IMG/VR virus record: IMGVR_UViG_3300020599_000094
Coordinates: 1-54,797 of that record
Direction: 5' to 3' (one strand)
Length of the DNA stretch: 54,797 nucleotides
Origin: a virus
Taxonomy: Duplodnaviria; Caudoviricetes
This document shows positions 1 through 9,448 of this stretch, piece after piece. Each line of letters begins with the position of its first letter. The first letter of the stretch is position 1. The notes under the pieces were generated by a model. It was given only the letters and a program-made list of their open reading frames with translations, was not told where the DNA came from and did no database searches. A program made the position numbers and the translations under genes.

Positions 1-3000
1 CGCATCAGGCCTTCGCGCGCCAGCGCCTCCAGGACCAGCAGCTTGCGCAGCGGCAGATCGTTCGTGGGCGCCCATCGATGCCGCGCTATGCGGCCCTGCG
101 CGAAATTCAGCAGGCCTTGCCGCATGGATTCCCGCGCCCCCTCGGGCATGGCGAAATCCAAGCCCAGGGAGCGGGCTTCATGGCTGGCCGCCAGCAGGTA
201 GGCCGTAAGCACTTCGCTGCCCTGCCGCGCCCCCGGGAAATAAGACGCCAGGCCATCTTCATCGAGATAGTCGGGCAGCCTGCGCATGAGATCGCGCCAC
301 TGTTCCATGCTGCGCATCCCTATGGCGCGCGAACCCAGTTGCTCCAGGCAGGTGTATTCATAGTCCTTGAACCACTGCACCACGCCCGGCAGGCTGCCGC
401 CCAGGGACGATTGCAGGTAGACCTCCAGCCCGCCCCGCGGCGCGCCGTCGCCCAGCCGCAGCGCCCCTTGCGGAGCCGCGAACGAAAGATGCATCGGGTT
501 CGATTCGTCGACGGCCTGCAGGGCCGCCTGATGCACGGCAATGGGAACGCTGGGCGCCAGCGCCTGATGCACCACCAGCCTGTCGCCCGCGCCCTCGCCT
601 TCCACCTCGCTGGCTTCCAGCGTCCACGTCAGCTCGGCGTCCGAATCGGGCTGTTCGGCCTGCGGCGCGGTCAGCTCCCAGAACAGCGTCTCGGCCTTGC
701 CGGCCGCCACGGGGACCGTGCGAGGCTCCAGCGTACCGTCCGGCAGCCCGCTTCCCGCGTAACCGGCCTGCACCCGCAGCCGCATGTCGCGCTCGGTGGT
801 GTTGCGCACGGTGACCGAGGCGCGATAGCGGTCGCCTTCGCGCACCAGCGCGGGCAGGCCCGAAATCACCTGCACATCCTGTGTCGTGGCAATCGTGGCC
901 TGGCCTTCGCCAAAGCGGGCGACGCCTTCGTCGGCCAGGGCCACCAGCCGGAAAGAGGTGATGGCGTCGTTCAGAGGCACGACGAGGCTGGCCCGGCCCT
1001 GGGCGTCCAGTTGCACATCGGGCTGCCACAGCAGCAAGGTGTCCAGCAGCTCGCGCGTCGGGCTCTTGCCGCCCCCGCCGCCGGCGGGCAGCGCCTTGCG
1101 CCCGTAATGGCGGCGGCCCACCACCTGGCTCTGGCCGGTCGCGGTCTGGACACCGTAGCTGCGGCGCGGATGCATGGCCTCGAGCAGCTTCCAGCTGTCG
1201 TTGGCGGCCAACTCGAGCAAAGCCTCGTCCACGGCGGCGAAAGCCACTTGGCCATGCGCCGCCGGCGTGCCGTCGGCCGTGGTCACCTGGATGTCCACCT
1301 TCGCCTCGTCCCGGACCTGATAGCGCCGCTTGTCCGGCTTCACCTCGACCTTGAGGCCGCCGCCACCGTCATTGACGCGGATCTCGGCCAGGCCGAAGCG
1401 GAAAGCGGGCTTGGAAAGGTCGATCAGCGCCGACGGGGCCTGATACTCCCTGCCCTCCTGGAAGGCGCTGAACCAGGCCGAGGGCTGCTTCCAGCCCCAC
1501 GAGAAAAACGAATACCACGGCACCTCGTGCAAGCGGCCGCGCAACACCAGCACCGACACATAGACGTTGGGCCTCCACTCGGCGCGCACCGGGACGCGGA
1601 TGCGCGGATCGCTGCCTTCCAGCTCCACCACGCTGGACGACAGCACCCCTTCGCGCTCGACGGCCACCAGCGCGGTTGCATGGCGGAAGGGCATGCGCAC
1701 CTGAAACTCGGCCGTTTCACCCGGTTCATAGACTTTCTTGCCCGGAATGACGTCGATGCGGTCGTCGTTGCCCGCGTCGAACCACAGGTCTTCGCCTCCC
1801 ATGACCCAGACCGTCGTCGCGGCCTCGCTATGCCGGCCCTCGTCGTCTGCTACGCTCGCGATCAGTTCGATCGACCCGGACCGGTCGAAGCTCGTTTCGC
1901 ATCGCAAGAGCCCCTGCTTGTCCGTCTTTCCTTCGCACACCTGGCCGAGATCGGTCGAACGCGTGTGATGCTCATAGCTGTAGAAGCCGCCCACCATGCG
2001 CTGGCGAGTGGAGTAAGTGGTGCGCGCCACGGCGCGGATGCTGACAGGCATGCCGGCCTGCGGCCGTCCGTCCGGAGAAAGCGCCACCGCATCCACCGAG
2101 ACCGGCTTGCCTTGCTGCGCCCAGCTTCCGCCGCGCACGCCGGCCACGATACTCGCCGGCCAAGCCGTGACGGCCTGGCTGAGGGTCTGGACCTGTCCGT
2201 TCGGGTCGGCAAAGCTGGCTTCGAAGCGCAATTCACTGGCGCGCGAAATCTCGGGTATGGCGTCGAGCTTCACGCGCGCCGCGCCCTGTTCGTCCAGCGT
2301 CACGGCCTGCTTGTCGAGGAACAGGCGCTGGTCGGCGTCCTCGGGTGAATCGGACGTCCCGCCTTCCGCGCCGGAGGGAGGCGCGAAGGAGTAGTCGTCG
2401 TAGTCGCCATAGCTCAGATACTTGTCCCGCCGCACCGCCGAAAGGCTGACGGGCAGCTTGGCCGCCGGACCGCCCGACACGTAGCCGATCTGCAGATCGG
2501 CGTTCAGCACTGTCGGCGCCACGAGCTGGGAAGCGCCATCTCCCCGGCTGATCTTCAGGCTGCCCGCCAATACCGGCAGCTTGAACTCCTCGACCCGGAA
2601 GCTGCCGTCGGGCATCGCGTAGTCATCGCCTTTTTGCAAGGTGACGCTGTAGTCGCCCAGCTTGGCTGAGCGCGTCAATTGGAATTCGCTGCGGGCGCTC
2701 AGGCCGCCCGAGGGCGTTTTCTCCCAAGTGAGTTTCTCTTCGTGGCTTTGACCCGAGCCCTCATGCACGATGACCAGCTTGTCCGGCAGCTGGTCCGGAT
2801 CGGGCAATGCCAGGCCGTCACGCGTCTGCACCCGCGCGAAGTGCTTCATCGAGACCGTTTCGCCCGCCCGGAACAGACTGCGGTCGAACACCGTATGGGT
2901 GACCACCGTGGGCGCCGGCTGCATGTCGGTCGGGACATTGAAGCGCCACGACTCCATGCCTGCATTCCAGTCGGACAGCACAAAGGCGAAGTCGTCCTTG

Positions 3001-4832
3001 CCGCGCGCCAGCTCGTGCTCCTTCGGAATGCGGGCGGATACATACAGGCCGCTCAAGCCTGTATCGCTGCAATAATCGGGACTGTCCAGCGCGCCTTCAT
3101 GGTGCCAGAGCCCGGCGGCGTCGGTACGGCCCTCGGCCAGAAGCCGGCCCGAACAATCCAGGACGCGAATCTCGGCATCGCGCACGACCCGCCCTTCGTC
3201 CAGGGTGCTTACCCACACCAGTGCATCGTCGCGCCCCTGCTTCAGATGCACGCCCAGATTGGTGACCAGCACCGCGCTGCGCACGTACATGGGCCGTTCG
3301 TCGCCCAGCAGAGCCCCGCCCAGCCGCGCGGACTCGACCTCCAGCACATGAAAGCCAGGCTCGGCGACCGGTACGCCGATCACTTCCAACGGCCGGTCAT
3401 CGCCCTGCTGGGCGCCGGGCAGCGTCAGGGCGCGCACGCCGTCGCGGTCGCGCAGCACCGAATAGCCTCGCACGTCCAGCGCATCGTCGCCGCCCTCGCC
3501 CGGTTCGTCTCCGTCCAGAATCCGGCCTATCTGCTGCCTGGTCCATCGCCCCCCATCCAGGCGCTGAAGACCGGCATACCAGCGCAGGACTTCCTCGTCG
3601 TCGCCCGGCACATAGTCCCGCACCGTTCCCAACGGCCTGGACAGGTCCCTGGCCAGCAGTTCCCGCTCGACATTGCGGACGGTGAGCGGCACCGTGGGCG
3701 AATGATCGTCTTCGTCGACACCGGGCGGCACGTTGGCAAAACGCTCGATGGTGCCGAAGGTGCCGGACGAGAACTTGACCAAAGAGGGATAGGCGGCCGT
3801 CCGCAGCGACAAGGGCAATTGATCCGTATTGCCCAGCGGCCGGCCGGCGTCGTCCCGAAGGTCGTCCGGCAGCACGAGCTGCAATTCGGACTCCGGTTCG
3901 AAGGGGCCCGAAAACACCAGGCGCTGCGTGCTGGTTTGCGCGTCTCCTTCGTCCGGCCGATCGGGTTCGATTTCCTTGCCTGCACTGCGCAGTCGCACGC
4001 GGCTTGCCAGCTCGGCCGGCACCGGCGCGTTGAACAGCACCACGATCGGCAGCACCGGCGTGCAGGGCGCATTGGCGTTCTCCCGCTGGCAGCTGGTCGA
4101 CACCTGGAACGGTGGACGCACCTTGAAATCGAAAGTCTGCGCCTGCGTGGACGCCACGCCGCTCGATGCCGCCACCCCTTTTCCGATCACCAGCCGAAGC
4201 CGTGCTTCGGCCGGCAGCAAGCGTTTGCATTGCAGCAGTTGAACCGCCTGATCGTCCATCGAATCGCCCATGTAGGCCGCCTCGAGGATGGCCTTGCGTT
4301 GCGCCGGGTCATCCACCAGGCGCACGGGAACGGCCTCGCCCAGGCCTTCGACCGTGCAGTGCGCATTGGCCTGCAATGTTTGCGTGTCGACCGCCCCGTT
4401 GAATTGCAGCAGAAAGACCTGGTCCTCGTCGACGGTGTCGCCATAGGGCCGCCTGGACACGACATGCGGCCCGCCGGTTGCAAAAGTGAAGGAAGTCTTG
4501 CCCGTGACGGCTTGGCCGCCCAGCGTGCGAAAGCCCGCATCGACGCTGGCGGTGCATGTGACTCCCGGCCCCGGCGCCGTCCTGAATACATAGGTCCAGT
4601 TCTTGGCGTCGGTCCATCGTCCGTCGCCGACCAGGGACTCGTCGTCGCATGCGACGCGCAGCGGCGCCGGCGCGGCGGCGTCTCCGAAGGCGACCACGTC
4701 CTGATCGAACGTGGCCTTGACGCTTTCTATCGTTGCAACCGTGCCCTGAGGAGAAAAATGCGAGATGTGCGCCGCATGGACCGGCACCGCCATCGACAAC
4801 AGCCACAACGCTATCACGCCACGTCCCTTCAT
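1..4832 (-). CDS. Bacterial alpha-2-macroglobulin family protein (host; 3' end runs off the window)
   Basis: Read manually: ATG at 4832 gives MKGRGVIALWLLSMAVPVHAA (signal peptide). The same frame is in register at the window start, and YEYTCLEQL (CxEQ thioester motif) lies near 339-350. Absent from the ORF track because there is no stop in the window. Confidence 0.9.
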   Translation of the reverse strand, partial: MKGRGVIALWLLSMAVPVHAAHISHFSPQGTVATIESVKATFDQDVVAFGDAAAPAPLRVACDDESLVGDGRWTDAKNWTYVFRTAPGPGVTCTASVDAGFRTLGGQAVTGKTSFTFATGGPHVVSRRPYGDTVDEDQVFLLQFNGAVDTQTLQANAHCTVEGLGEAVPVRLVDDPAQRKAILEAAYMGDSMDDQAVQLLQCKRLLPAEARLRLVIGKGVAASSGVASTQAQTFDFKVRPPFQVSTSCQRENANAPCTPVLPIVVLFNAPVPAELASRVRLRSAGKEIEPDRPDEGDAQTSTQRLVFSGPFEPESELQLVLPDDLRDDAGRPLGNTDQLPLSLRTAAYPSLVKFSSGTFGTIERFANVPPGVDEDDHSPTVPLTVRNVERELLARDLSRPLGTVRDYVPGDDEEVLRWYAGLQRLDGGRWTRQQIGRILDGDEPGEGGDDALDVRGYSVLRDRDGVRALTLPGAQQGDDRPLEVIGVPVAEPGFHVLEVESARLGGALLGDERPMYVRSAVLVTNLGVHLKQGRDDALVWVSTLDEGRVVRDAEIRVLDCSGRLLAEGRTDAAGLWHHEGALDSPDYCSDTGLSGLYVSARIPKEHELARGKDDFAFVLSDWNAGMESWRFNVPTDMQPAPTVVTHTVFDRSLFRAGETVSMKHFARVQTRDGLALPDPDQLPDKLVIVHEGSGQSHEEKLTWEKTPSGGLSARSEFQLTRSAKLGDYSVTLQKGDDYAMPDGSFRVEEFKLPVLAGSLKISRGDGASQLVAPTVLNADLQIGYVSGGPAAKLPVSLSAVRRDKYLSYGDYDDYSFAPPSGAEGGTSDSPEDADQRLFLDKQAVTLDEQGAARVKLDAIPEISRASELRFEASFADPNGQVQTLSQAVTAWPASIVAGVRGGSWAQQGKPVSVDAVALSPDGRPQAGMPVSIRAVARTTYSTRQRMVGGFYSYEHHTRSTDLGQVCEGKTDKQGLLRCETSFDRSGSIELIASVADDEGRHSEAATTVWVMGGEDLWFDAGNDDRIDVIPGKKVYEPGETAEFQVRMPFRHATALVAVEREGVLSSSVVELEGSDPRIRVPVRAEWRPNVYVSVLVLRGRLHEVPWYSFFSWGWKQPSAWFSAFQEGREYQAPSALIDLSKPAFRFGLAEIRVNDGGGGLKVEVKPDKRRYQVRDEAKVDIQVTTADGTPAAHGQVAFAAVDEALLELAANDSWKLLEAMHPRRSYGVQTATGQSQVVGRRHYGRKALPAGGGGGKSPTRELLDTLLLWQPDVQLDAQGRASLVVPLNDAITSFRLVALADEGVARFGEGQATIATTQDVQVISGLPALVREGDRYRASVTVRNTTERDMRLRVQAGYAGSGLPDGTLEPRTVPVAAGKAETLFWELTAPQAEQPDSDAELTWTLEASEVEGEGAGDRLVVHQALAPSVPIAVHQAALQAVDESNPMHLSFAAPQGALRLGDGAPRGGLEVYLQSSLGGSLPGVVQWFKDYEYTCLEQLGSRAIGMRSMEQWRDLMRRLPDYLDEDGLASYFPGARQGSEVLTAYLLAASHEARSLGLDFAMPEGARESMRQGLLNFAQGRIARHRWAPTNDLPLRKLLVLEALAREGLM

Positions 4833-5041
4833 GATCTTCCTTTGGTAGTGAGCAATGGACACATCGCAGTGTACTCAAAGCAGTTCCCGGGAAGAAGGGT
4901 CGGCACCCAGCGGAACGCGGCATGGAAGCAAGCCGCCTCCAATCCTTACCCAAGGTAACATTTCATCGGTTGGCGGCGTTGTACCGTAAAAAGAAGTGCG
5001 GCCGGCATCCCGCCGCCGCAGGGGATAATAAGGAAAGAGCC

Positions 5042-5482
5042 ATGAACATTTTCGAAGCCCTTCGCCAAAGCCACGAACTTCAACGCGATCTTGCGGCGCA
5101 ATTGCTGAAGACCAGTGGCGAATCTCCCGAGCGCTCCAACCTCTTCGACAACTACAAGACCGTGCTGACCGCGCACGCCACCGCCGAAGAGCGCCACTTC
5201 TACATTCCCATCATGGACGACGACTCCGGCGTGGAGGTCGCCCGCCACGGCATCGCCGAACACCACGAGATAGACGAACTGATAGAGCAGCTGGAAGAGA
5301 CCGAGCCTTCCAGTCCGTCATGGCTGTCGCTGGCCAAGAAACTGGCCGACAAGGTGCATCATCATCTGGACGAGGAAGAACAGCGTTTTTTCCAGATGGC
5401 CGGCAAGATCCTGAGCGAAAAACAAAAGAAAGCCCTGGTCGAACCGTATCTGGAGGAGTATCAAAAAGGCCTCGAAGCCTGA
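5042..5482 (+). CDS. Hemerythrin/HHE cation-binding domain protein (host)
   Basis: HxxxEE and EHHEID/HHLDEEE motifs; AAGGA RBS before ATG 5042. Confidence 0.85.
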   Translation: MNIFEALRQSHELQRDLAAQLLKTSGESPERSNLFDNYKTVLTAHATAEERHFYIPIMDDDSGVEVARHGIAEHHEIDELIEQLEETEPSSPSWLSLAKKLADKVHHHLDEEEQRFFQMAGKILSEKQKKALVEPYLEEYQKGLEA

Positions 5483-5490
5483 CCGCCGCC

Positions 5491-5694
5491 TCAGGGCCGT
5501 TCGCCCTCGTCGTACTCGGTATCGCTGAACATCTCGCGCAGCGTGCGGGGCCTGTCCTCGTGCTCGGGCAGCGACGTCAGGCGCAATTGGCCCAAGGCGG
5601 ATTCGTCATCCTCGCTCAAGGGCTGGGGCAGCAGCCAAAAAACGCTCATGCGCCGCTGATGCAGCTGCTGTGCATGAAAAAGCAGTCGTCTCAA
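5491..5694 (-). CDS. Small hypothetical protein (host)
   Basis: 67 aa, TTG start with AAGGAG upstream; converges on the hemerythrin gene. Confidence 0.4.
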   Translation of the reverse strand: MRRLLFHAQQLHQRRMSVFWLLPQPLSEDDESALGQLRLTSLPEHEDRPRTLREMFSDTEYDEGERP

Positions 5695-5803
5695 ATCGGA
5701 TTCTCCTTATATTGATGCCCATACCGTAGCACATGACGATGACAGACTGCCTTACCTGCGGGTATGCCGTCGCATCAGATAAAGAGTGTCTGCAGCAGAC
5801 GAC

Positions 5804-5830
5804 AAAAAGGCCAACCCCGAAGAGCTGGCC
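5804..5830 (-). terminator. Rho-independent terminator, original host tRNA terminator left behind after integration
   Basis: Minus strand GGCCAGCTC-TTCG-GGGTTGGCC-TTTTT just downstream of the displaced tRNA 3' fragment. Confidence 0.8.
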
Positions 5831-5847
5831 CAAATGCCCGATATGAC

Positions 5848-5894
5848 TGGTGCCCCCCCCGTGAGTCGAACACGGCACCAACGGATTATGAGTC
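5848..5894. repeat. att core, left copy (displaced tRNA 3' fragment)
   Basis: TGGTGCCCCCCCCGTGAGTCGAACACGGCACCAACGGATTATGAGTC, identical to 54671-54717. Confidence 0.97.
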
Positions 5895-5932
5895 TTGCCC
5901 TCTATAAAAAGGCATAAATACAATCCCTTTTA

Positions 5933-5945
5933 AATCAATCGATTA
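5933..5945 (+). promoter_or_regulatory. IHF-binding site in the att arm
   Basis: AATCAATCGATTA matches WATCARNNNNTTR. Confidence 0.6.
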
Positions 5946-6010
5946 CAGCGCCAGCCAGTACTGTATCACATCACCAAATCGATCTTTTTACCCCTTTTTC
6001 TGCCTTCTTG

Positions 6011-6028
6011 TGACACAAATCTGGCACA
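6011..6028 (+). repeat. Putative integrase arm-type sites
   Basis: TGACACAAATCTGGCACA is 16/18 identical to TGTCACAATTCTGGCACA at 54585-54602; each is a tandem TGNCACA. Confidence 0.7.
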
Positions 6029-6054
6029 AGGAATTGAGCCGTTGCTACATTCTC

Positions 6055-6078
6055 GCCCGCCACCGAGCGGGCTTTTTT
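6055..6078 (+). terminator. Rho-independent terminator
   Basis: GCCCGC-CACCGA-GCGGGC-TTTTTT. Confidence 0.75.
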
Positions 6079-6090
6079 GGGTTATAAATA

Positions 6091-6106
6091 CTGTACATAT
6101 ATACAG
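6091..6106. promoter_or_regulatory. LexA (SOS) box
   Basis: CTGTACATATATACAG, a near-consensus CTGT-N8-ACAG, 12 nt upstream of ATG 6119. Confidence 0.9.
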
Positions 6107-6118
6107 TTTATCGGCACC

Positions 6119-6424
6119 ATGAAAGTCACTATTGTCCGCACCCATCGCCTCGGCCAGCTACTCCCGGAACGTGAATGGGGCCCTCCCGTTCCAGGTCCAG
6201 TTCTAATGTATTGGATGCGACACCCAGAACTGAACAGGGGCCCTGGCCGCCTGAAGGTCATTCGCCGCGGACATTTCGGGAAGGATGAGGAGTCGCCGAT
6301 CCCAGAGCTACACGATCCGGAAATGCTGGCGTTCATGAGCGACCGCGTTCTGTCGGTAAGGGGTTTTGAGGAAATTGAGGGCCGCCGTTATTATCAGACT
6401 TGGAGAATCTTCTTCGGGGATTGA
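6119..6424 (+). CDS. Hypothetical protein, SOS-regulated, first gene of the SRAP operon
   Basis: 101 aa ORF directly after the LexA box and 2 nt before the SRAP start. Confidence 0.7.
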   Translation: MKVTIVRTHRLGQLLPEREWGPPVPGPVLMYWMRHPELNRGPGRLKVIRRGHFGKDEESPIPELHDPEMLAFMSDRVLSVRGFEEIEGRRYYQTWRIFFGD

Positions 6425-6426
6425 TC

Positions 6427-7098
6427 ATGTGCGGACGGATCAAGCAAGAACGCTCGGCATTCGACTACATGGAGACGCTGCGCACCAACGTGGGCACGAT
6501 TCTCGATCCAGAGCCTGGCCTGAAATACAACGTGCCGCCCGGCACCAGGCCTATGGTCTTGCATCGGCTCGCCGATGGTGCTCAGGGAGTTAACCGGCTG
6601 TTCTGGGGCTACAAGCCGCCCTGGTACAAGCGGGGCCCGGCCTCGAATGCCCGCCTGGATACTGTTCTCAAGGGCTCGTCCTTCTGGAAGCCCCTGCTCT
6701 CTCGGCGAATCATAGTGCCCGCGGACGGCTGGTACGAATGGACCGGCGAAAAGGGCGACAAGCAGCCCTGGTACATCAACCCCAAGGACGGCGAGCCGAT
6801 CCTTATGGCTGGCCTCACCGCTTGGCTTCCTGGGCGTGAGGTGCTCGCCGAGAACGGCTTCGCGGTCGTCACAGACGATGCTGCGGGCGGCATGATCGAT
6901 ATCCACGACCGGCGCCCTATTTGCCTCACGCCTGACGATGCGCGGGCGTGGATTGATCCTGACGTGTCGGTCGACGAGGCGCTCCAGCTACTGTCAACGC
7001 CAAGGCCCGAATCGGCCTTTCAATGGTGGGCGGTGACGCGGAAGATGGGTAGCAGCAAGTATCAACTGCCGGATGCAAGCGAACCGGTAGGTTTATGA
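6427..7098 (+). CDS. SOS response-associated peptidase (SRAP/YedK/HMCES-like abasic-site crosslinking protein)
   Basis: N-terminal MCGR (catalytic Cys2), NAR, GWYEW and IHDRRP motifs. Confidence 0.92.
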   Translation: MCGRIKQERSAFDYMETLRTNVGTILDPEPGLKYNVPPGTRPMVLHRLADGAQGVNRLFWGYKPPWYKRGPASNARLDTVLKGSSFWKPLLSRRIIVPADGWYEWTGEKGDKQPWYINPKDGEPILMAGLTAWLPGREVLAENGFAVVTDDAAGGMIDIHDRRPICLTPDDARAWIDPDVSVDEALQLLSTPRPESAFQWWAVTRKMGSSKYQLPDASEPVGL

Positions 7099-7111
7099 TC
7101 GCCCCGCAGAC

Positions 7112-7321
7112 TTAGGCTGCGTCGAGCGTTCGTTCCTTGTGCAGTTGTTGCATCGCCTCAAGACTTGCACCACTGCCGACCAGCCGCGAAGGATCGCCGC
7201 TCTGCCACAGCTCATAATGCCACGTGCCCTGCAGCTTGACACGACAGATCGTCCAGCCAGGAGGACCGATCCAGTAATAGTCGTTCATTGGGCGCCAATC
7301 CGAATTGGCCATCTTGCACAC
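7112..7321 (-). CDS. Small hypothetical protein
   Basis: Trp-rich 66-69 aa ORF following the ligase on the same strand. Confidence 0.55.
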   Translation of the reverse strand: MCKMANSDWRPMNDYYWIGPPGWTICRVKLQGTWHYELWQSGDPSRLVGSGASLEAMQQLHKERTLDAA

Positions 7322-7347
7322 CTTGTTCGTATCGCTTGGCTCGGATT

Positions 7348-8301
7348 TTAGCGTGAAGACGAGGGCTTTTCGCGACGGATCTGGCGTGCCGGCTTATCCG
7401 CCCTCAGGCCTCGGAAGGTGGAATGCCGGATGTGTCCCGACGGCGTCCATTCCCCGAACGACACTTCGGCAACCATCTTCGGCTCTACCCAGTGCACGCC
7501 CTTCTTGGGAATCTTCGTCGATGCCGGGAATGGCTTTTTCGTCGTCTCGATAGAATCCAACTTGGCACGCAGGTCTACCAGCAGCTCTGTGTCAAAACCC
7601 GTCCCCACGTTGCCCGCATACTGCAGTTCGCCAGCTTTATCGAAGACGCCCAGCAGCAAAGAGCCAAAGCCGGACCGTGAGCCTTCTGGATCGGTGAATC
7701 CGCCGATCACAAATTCCTGCCGGAGGCTGCATTTAAGCTTGATCCAGTCGTCCGAGCGCCGCGACACGTAGCGCGACCCTTTGCGCTTGCCGATGATGCC
7801 CTCCAGGCCCAACTCACACGCGGAGCCGATCAAATCGTGGATGTCTCCATCCAGCGCCGCGCTGAAACGCACGGCATCCGAACCGTCGCCCAGCACGTCG
7901 GCCAGCCTGGCCCTGCGCTCGATGAGTGGCAGGCCCCGCAAGTCCTCGCCGGCACAATATGGCACATCGAACAGATAATAGATGATGCTGCGCGGCTTAC
8001 TGACATCAAAAGCCAGCTGCAGCAGATTGAAGCTCGGCTTTCCCTCGTCGTTCAGCACGACGATTTCACCGTCGTACCAGCCGTCGGGCAGCTTCAGGGC
8101 GCGCAGTTCTTTCTCGAGCGGGCGCAGCCTGGCCGTCCAGTCGTTTCCGTTGCGGGTGAAAAGCTGGGCCGCCTTGCGCTCAATGCGCGCAAGCAGTCGA
8201 TAGCCGTCGAATTTGATCTCGTACAGCCAATCGTCGCCGGCGGGCGGCCGAGCTACTAGGGTGGCGAGCTCGGGTTTGAGCGTCGCCGGAAGTGCGATCA
8301 T
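7348..8301 (-). CDS. ATP-dependent DNA ligase, stand-alone LigD-type ligase domain
   Basis: EIKFDGYR (KxDG adenylation motif), DGEIV, FDVPY, EGIIGK, WIKLK and a C-terminal OB fold; no polymerase or phosphoesterase domain. Confidence 0.93.
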   Translation of the reverse strand: MIALPATLKPELATLVARPPAGDDWLYEIKFDGYRLLARIERKAAQLFTRNGNDWTARLRPLEKELRALKLPDGWYDGEIVVLNDEGKPSFNLLQLAFDVSKPRSIIYYLFDVPYCAGEDLRGLPLIERRARLADVLGDGSDAVRFSAALDGDIHDLIGSACELGLEGIIGKRKGSRYVSRRSDDWIKLKCSLRQEFVIGGFTDPEGSRSGFGSLLLGVFDKAGELQYAGNVGTGFDTELLVDLRAKLDSIETTKKPFPASTKIPKKGVHWVEPKMVAEVSFGEWTPSGHIRHSTFRGLRADKPARQIRREKPSSSR

Positions 8302-8483
8302 TGCCGAATACCACTTAGGTACTTCTCAACGTCTTCCGCGTAGGTTCCGGCTGCTTGCACCGCGGCCTTGAGCTCGTCACGGCTACAACCAAATTTTTCG
8401 CTCCAGTAGCGCAGCTCCCAGTCTTGGCTGACGTCGATGCGGTTACGGTCCTGGCCGCCGCGGTCTTGTAGGTTGTCGCTCAT
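8298..8483 (-). CDS. DUF3606-like small protein
   Basis: MSDNLQDRGGQDRNRIDVSQDWELRYWSEKFG pattern; ATGA coupling to the ligase. Confidence 0.8.
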   Translation of the reverse strand: MSDNLQDRGGQDRNRIDVSQDWELRYWSEKFGCSRDELKAAVQAAGTYAEDVEKYLSGIRQ

Positions 8484-8519
8484 GTCTGCGCTCTCCAGAA
8501 TTTAGGGTGGCATGCAGCC

Positions 8520-8535
8520 AGCAAACTTTGTTCCT
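8520..8535 (-). promoter_or_regulatory. Candidate sigma-54 promoter for DUF3606-ligase
   Basis: Minus strand AGGAACAAAGTTTGCT = GG-N10-GC with AC and TTGC, about 37 nt before ATG 8483. Confidence 0.4.
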
Positions 8536-8809
8536 ACCCCGGCCACGCGCCGACCACAGACTGATGTCGCGCCTTGCACTGGGCATACAGGAAAGCTAGG
8601 TCAATATAAGCCTCGGCAAGCGCATCCCAGTCATGAGAAGCAAACGCCGGAATATCAGGGCACGGCGCGGACAGATTGGCCGGCAGTTCTGGCGCGCTCG
8701 ATGCCGTCCTGTATTGTGCGCAGCCGCCCATCGTCAATACGACAGTCAGCAGGCAAAGGAGCCTCGACAGCCTTGGTTCGGTATTCGGTAATAACTTGCG
8801 GCTTGGCAC
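8534..8809 (-). CDS. o-spanin (Rz1-like lipoprotein)
   Basis: Overlaps the i-spanin in another frame; hydrophobic stretch with lipobox TMGG-C, then a Pro-rich region; GTG start with GGAG RBS. Confidence 0.75.
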   Translation of the reverse strand: MPSRKLLPNTEPRLSRLLCLLTVVLTMGGCAQYRTASSAPELPANLSAPCPDIPAFASHDWDALAEAYIDLAFLYAQCKARHQSVVGAWPG

Positions 8810-9026
8810 TTTCCAGCTCCTCAATGTAATCCTGCAGGATTGCGATGCTGTCATTGACCCGCTTGATATCAGCCTTGTATTGCTCGGCGGCGGCCAACTG
8901 GGCGGCCGTTTCGGTGTCCTTTACGCCCTGGGCATACTGGTAGCGGCCATAACCCCAGATGGCAGCCACCAGCAAAGCCAGCCCGGCGGCGCCCAATAAG
9001 TACTTGTTGACCAGCAGATTGATCAT
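8655..9026 (-). CDS. i-spanin (Rz-like)
   Basis: N-terminal TM helix, coiled coil, C-terminal Cys; position in the lysis cassette. Confidence 0.8.
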   Translation of the reverse strand: MINLLVNKYLLGAAGLALLVAAIWGYGRYQYAQGVKDTETAAQLAAAEQYKADIKRVNDSIAILQDYIEELESAKPQVITEYRTKAVEAPLPADCRIDDGRLRTIQDGIERARTAGQSVRAVP

Positions 9027-9448
9027 TCCAGCCTCAAATTCTTCACCGGCTTGACTTCGGTTATCTTGATGTTGGCCTGAGCCGCGTTCTTGGCGGCACC
9101 CTGGGCCGTTGTCGCCGCTGTGCGGGCCGTAGTGGCAGCGGTCTTGGCCGTCTGGGAGGCTTCCTCGGCTACGGAAAGCAGCCGCCCAAGCGCGTCGGAG
9201 ATCTCGTCCATGTCCTGAGCAAGCACCTCAAGCTTCTGGCGATTTATGCCGCGCTCACGGCTGACGTCCGCCTCCAGGCGGGACACCTGACGCTCGTAGG
9301 CCTTTTGCTGGCGCGAAAGCGAAGAGTCGTAGTGCCAGGAGCCATATCCCATTCCCAGCAGCGCGCCGGACAGGAAAATGCCCGCTACGGCGAAAATGAA
9401 CTTGTACCGTCCGGCTAGATGCCGGAGTCTGCAGATGGTTTCACGCAT
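9023..9448 (-). CDS. Single-TM coiled-coil lysis-region protein
   Basis: TM segment followed by a long Ala-rich helix; translationally coupled on both sides. Confidence 0.65.
   Translation of the reverse strand: MRETICRLRHLAGRYKFIFAVAGIFLSGALLGMGYGSWHYDSSLSRQQKAYERQVSRLEADVSRERGINRQKLEVLAQDMDEISDALGRLLSVAEEASQTAKTAATTARTAATTAQGAAKNAAQANIKITEVKPVKNLRLE

Noticed and set aside
78-4958. Long plus-strand ORFs of 756 and 759 aa
   Set aside because: Antisense shadows of the GC-rich alpha-2-macroglobulin gene; Arg/His/Gln-rich with no motifs
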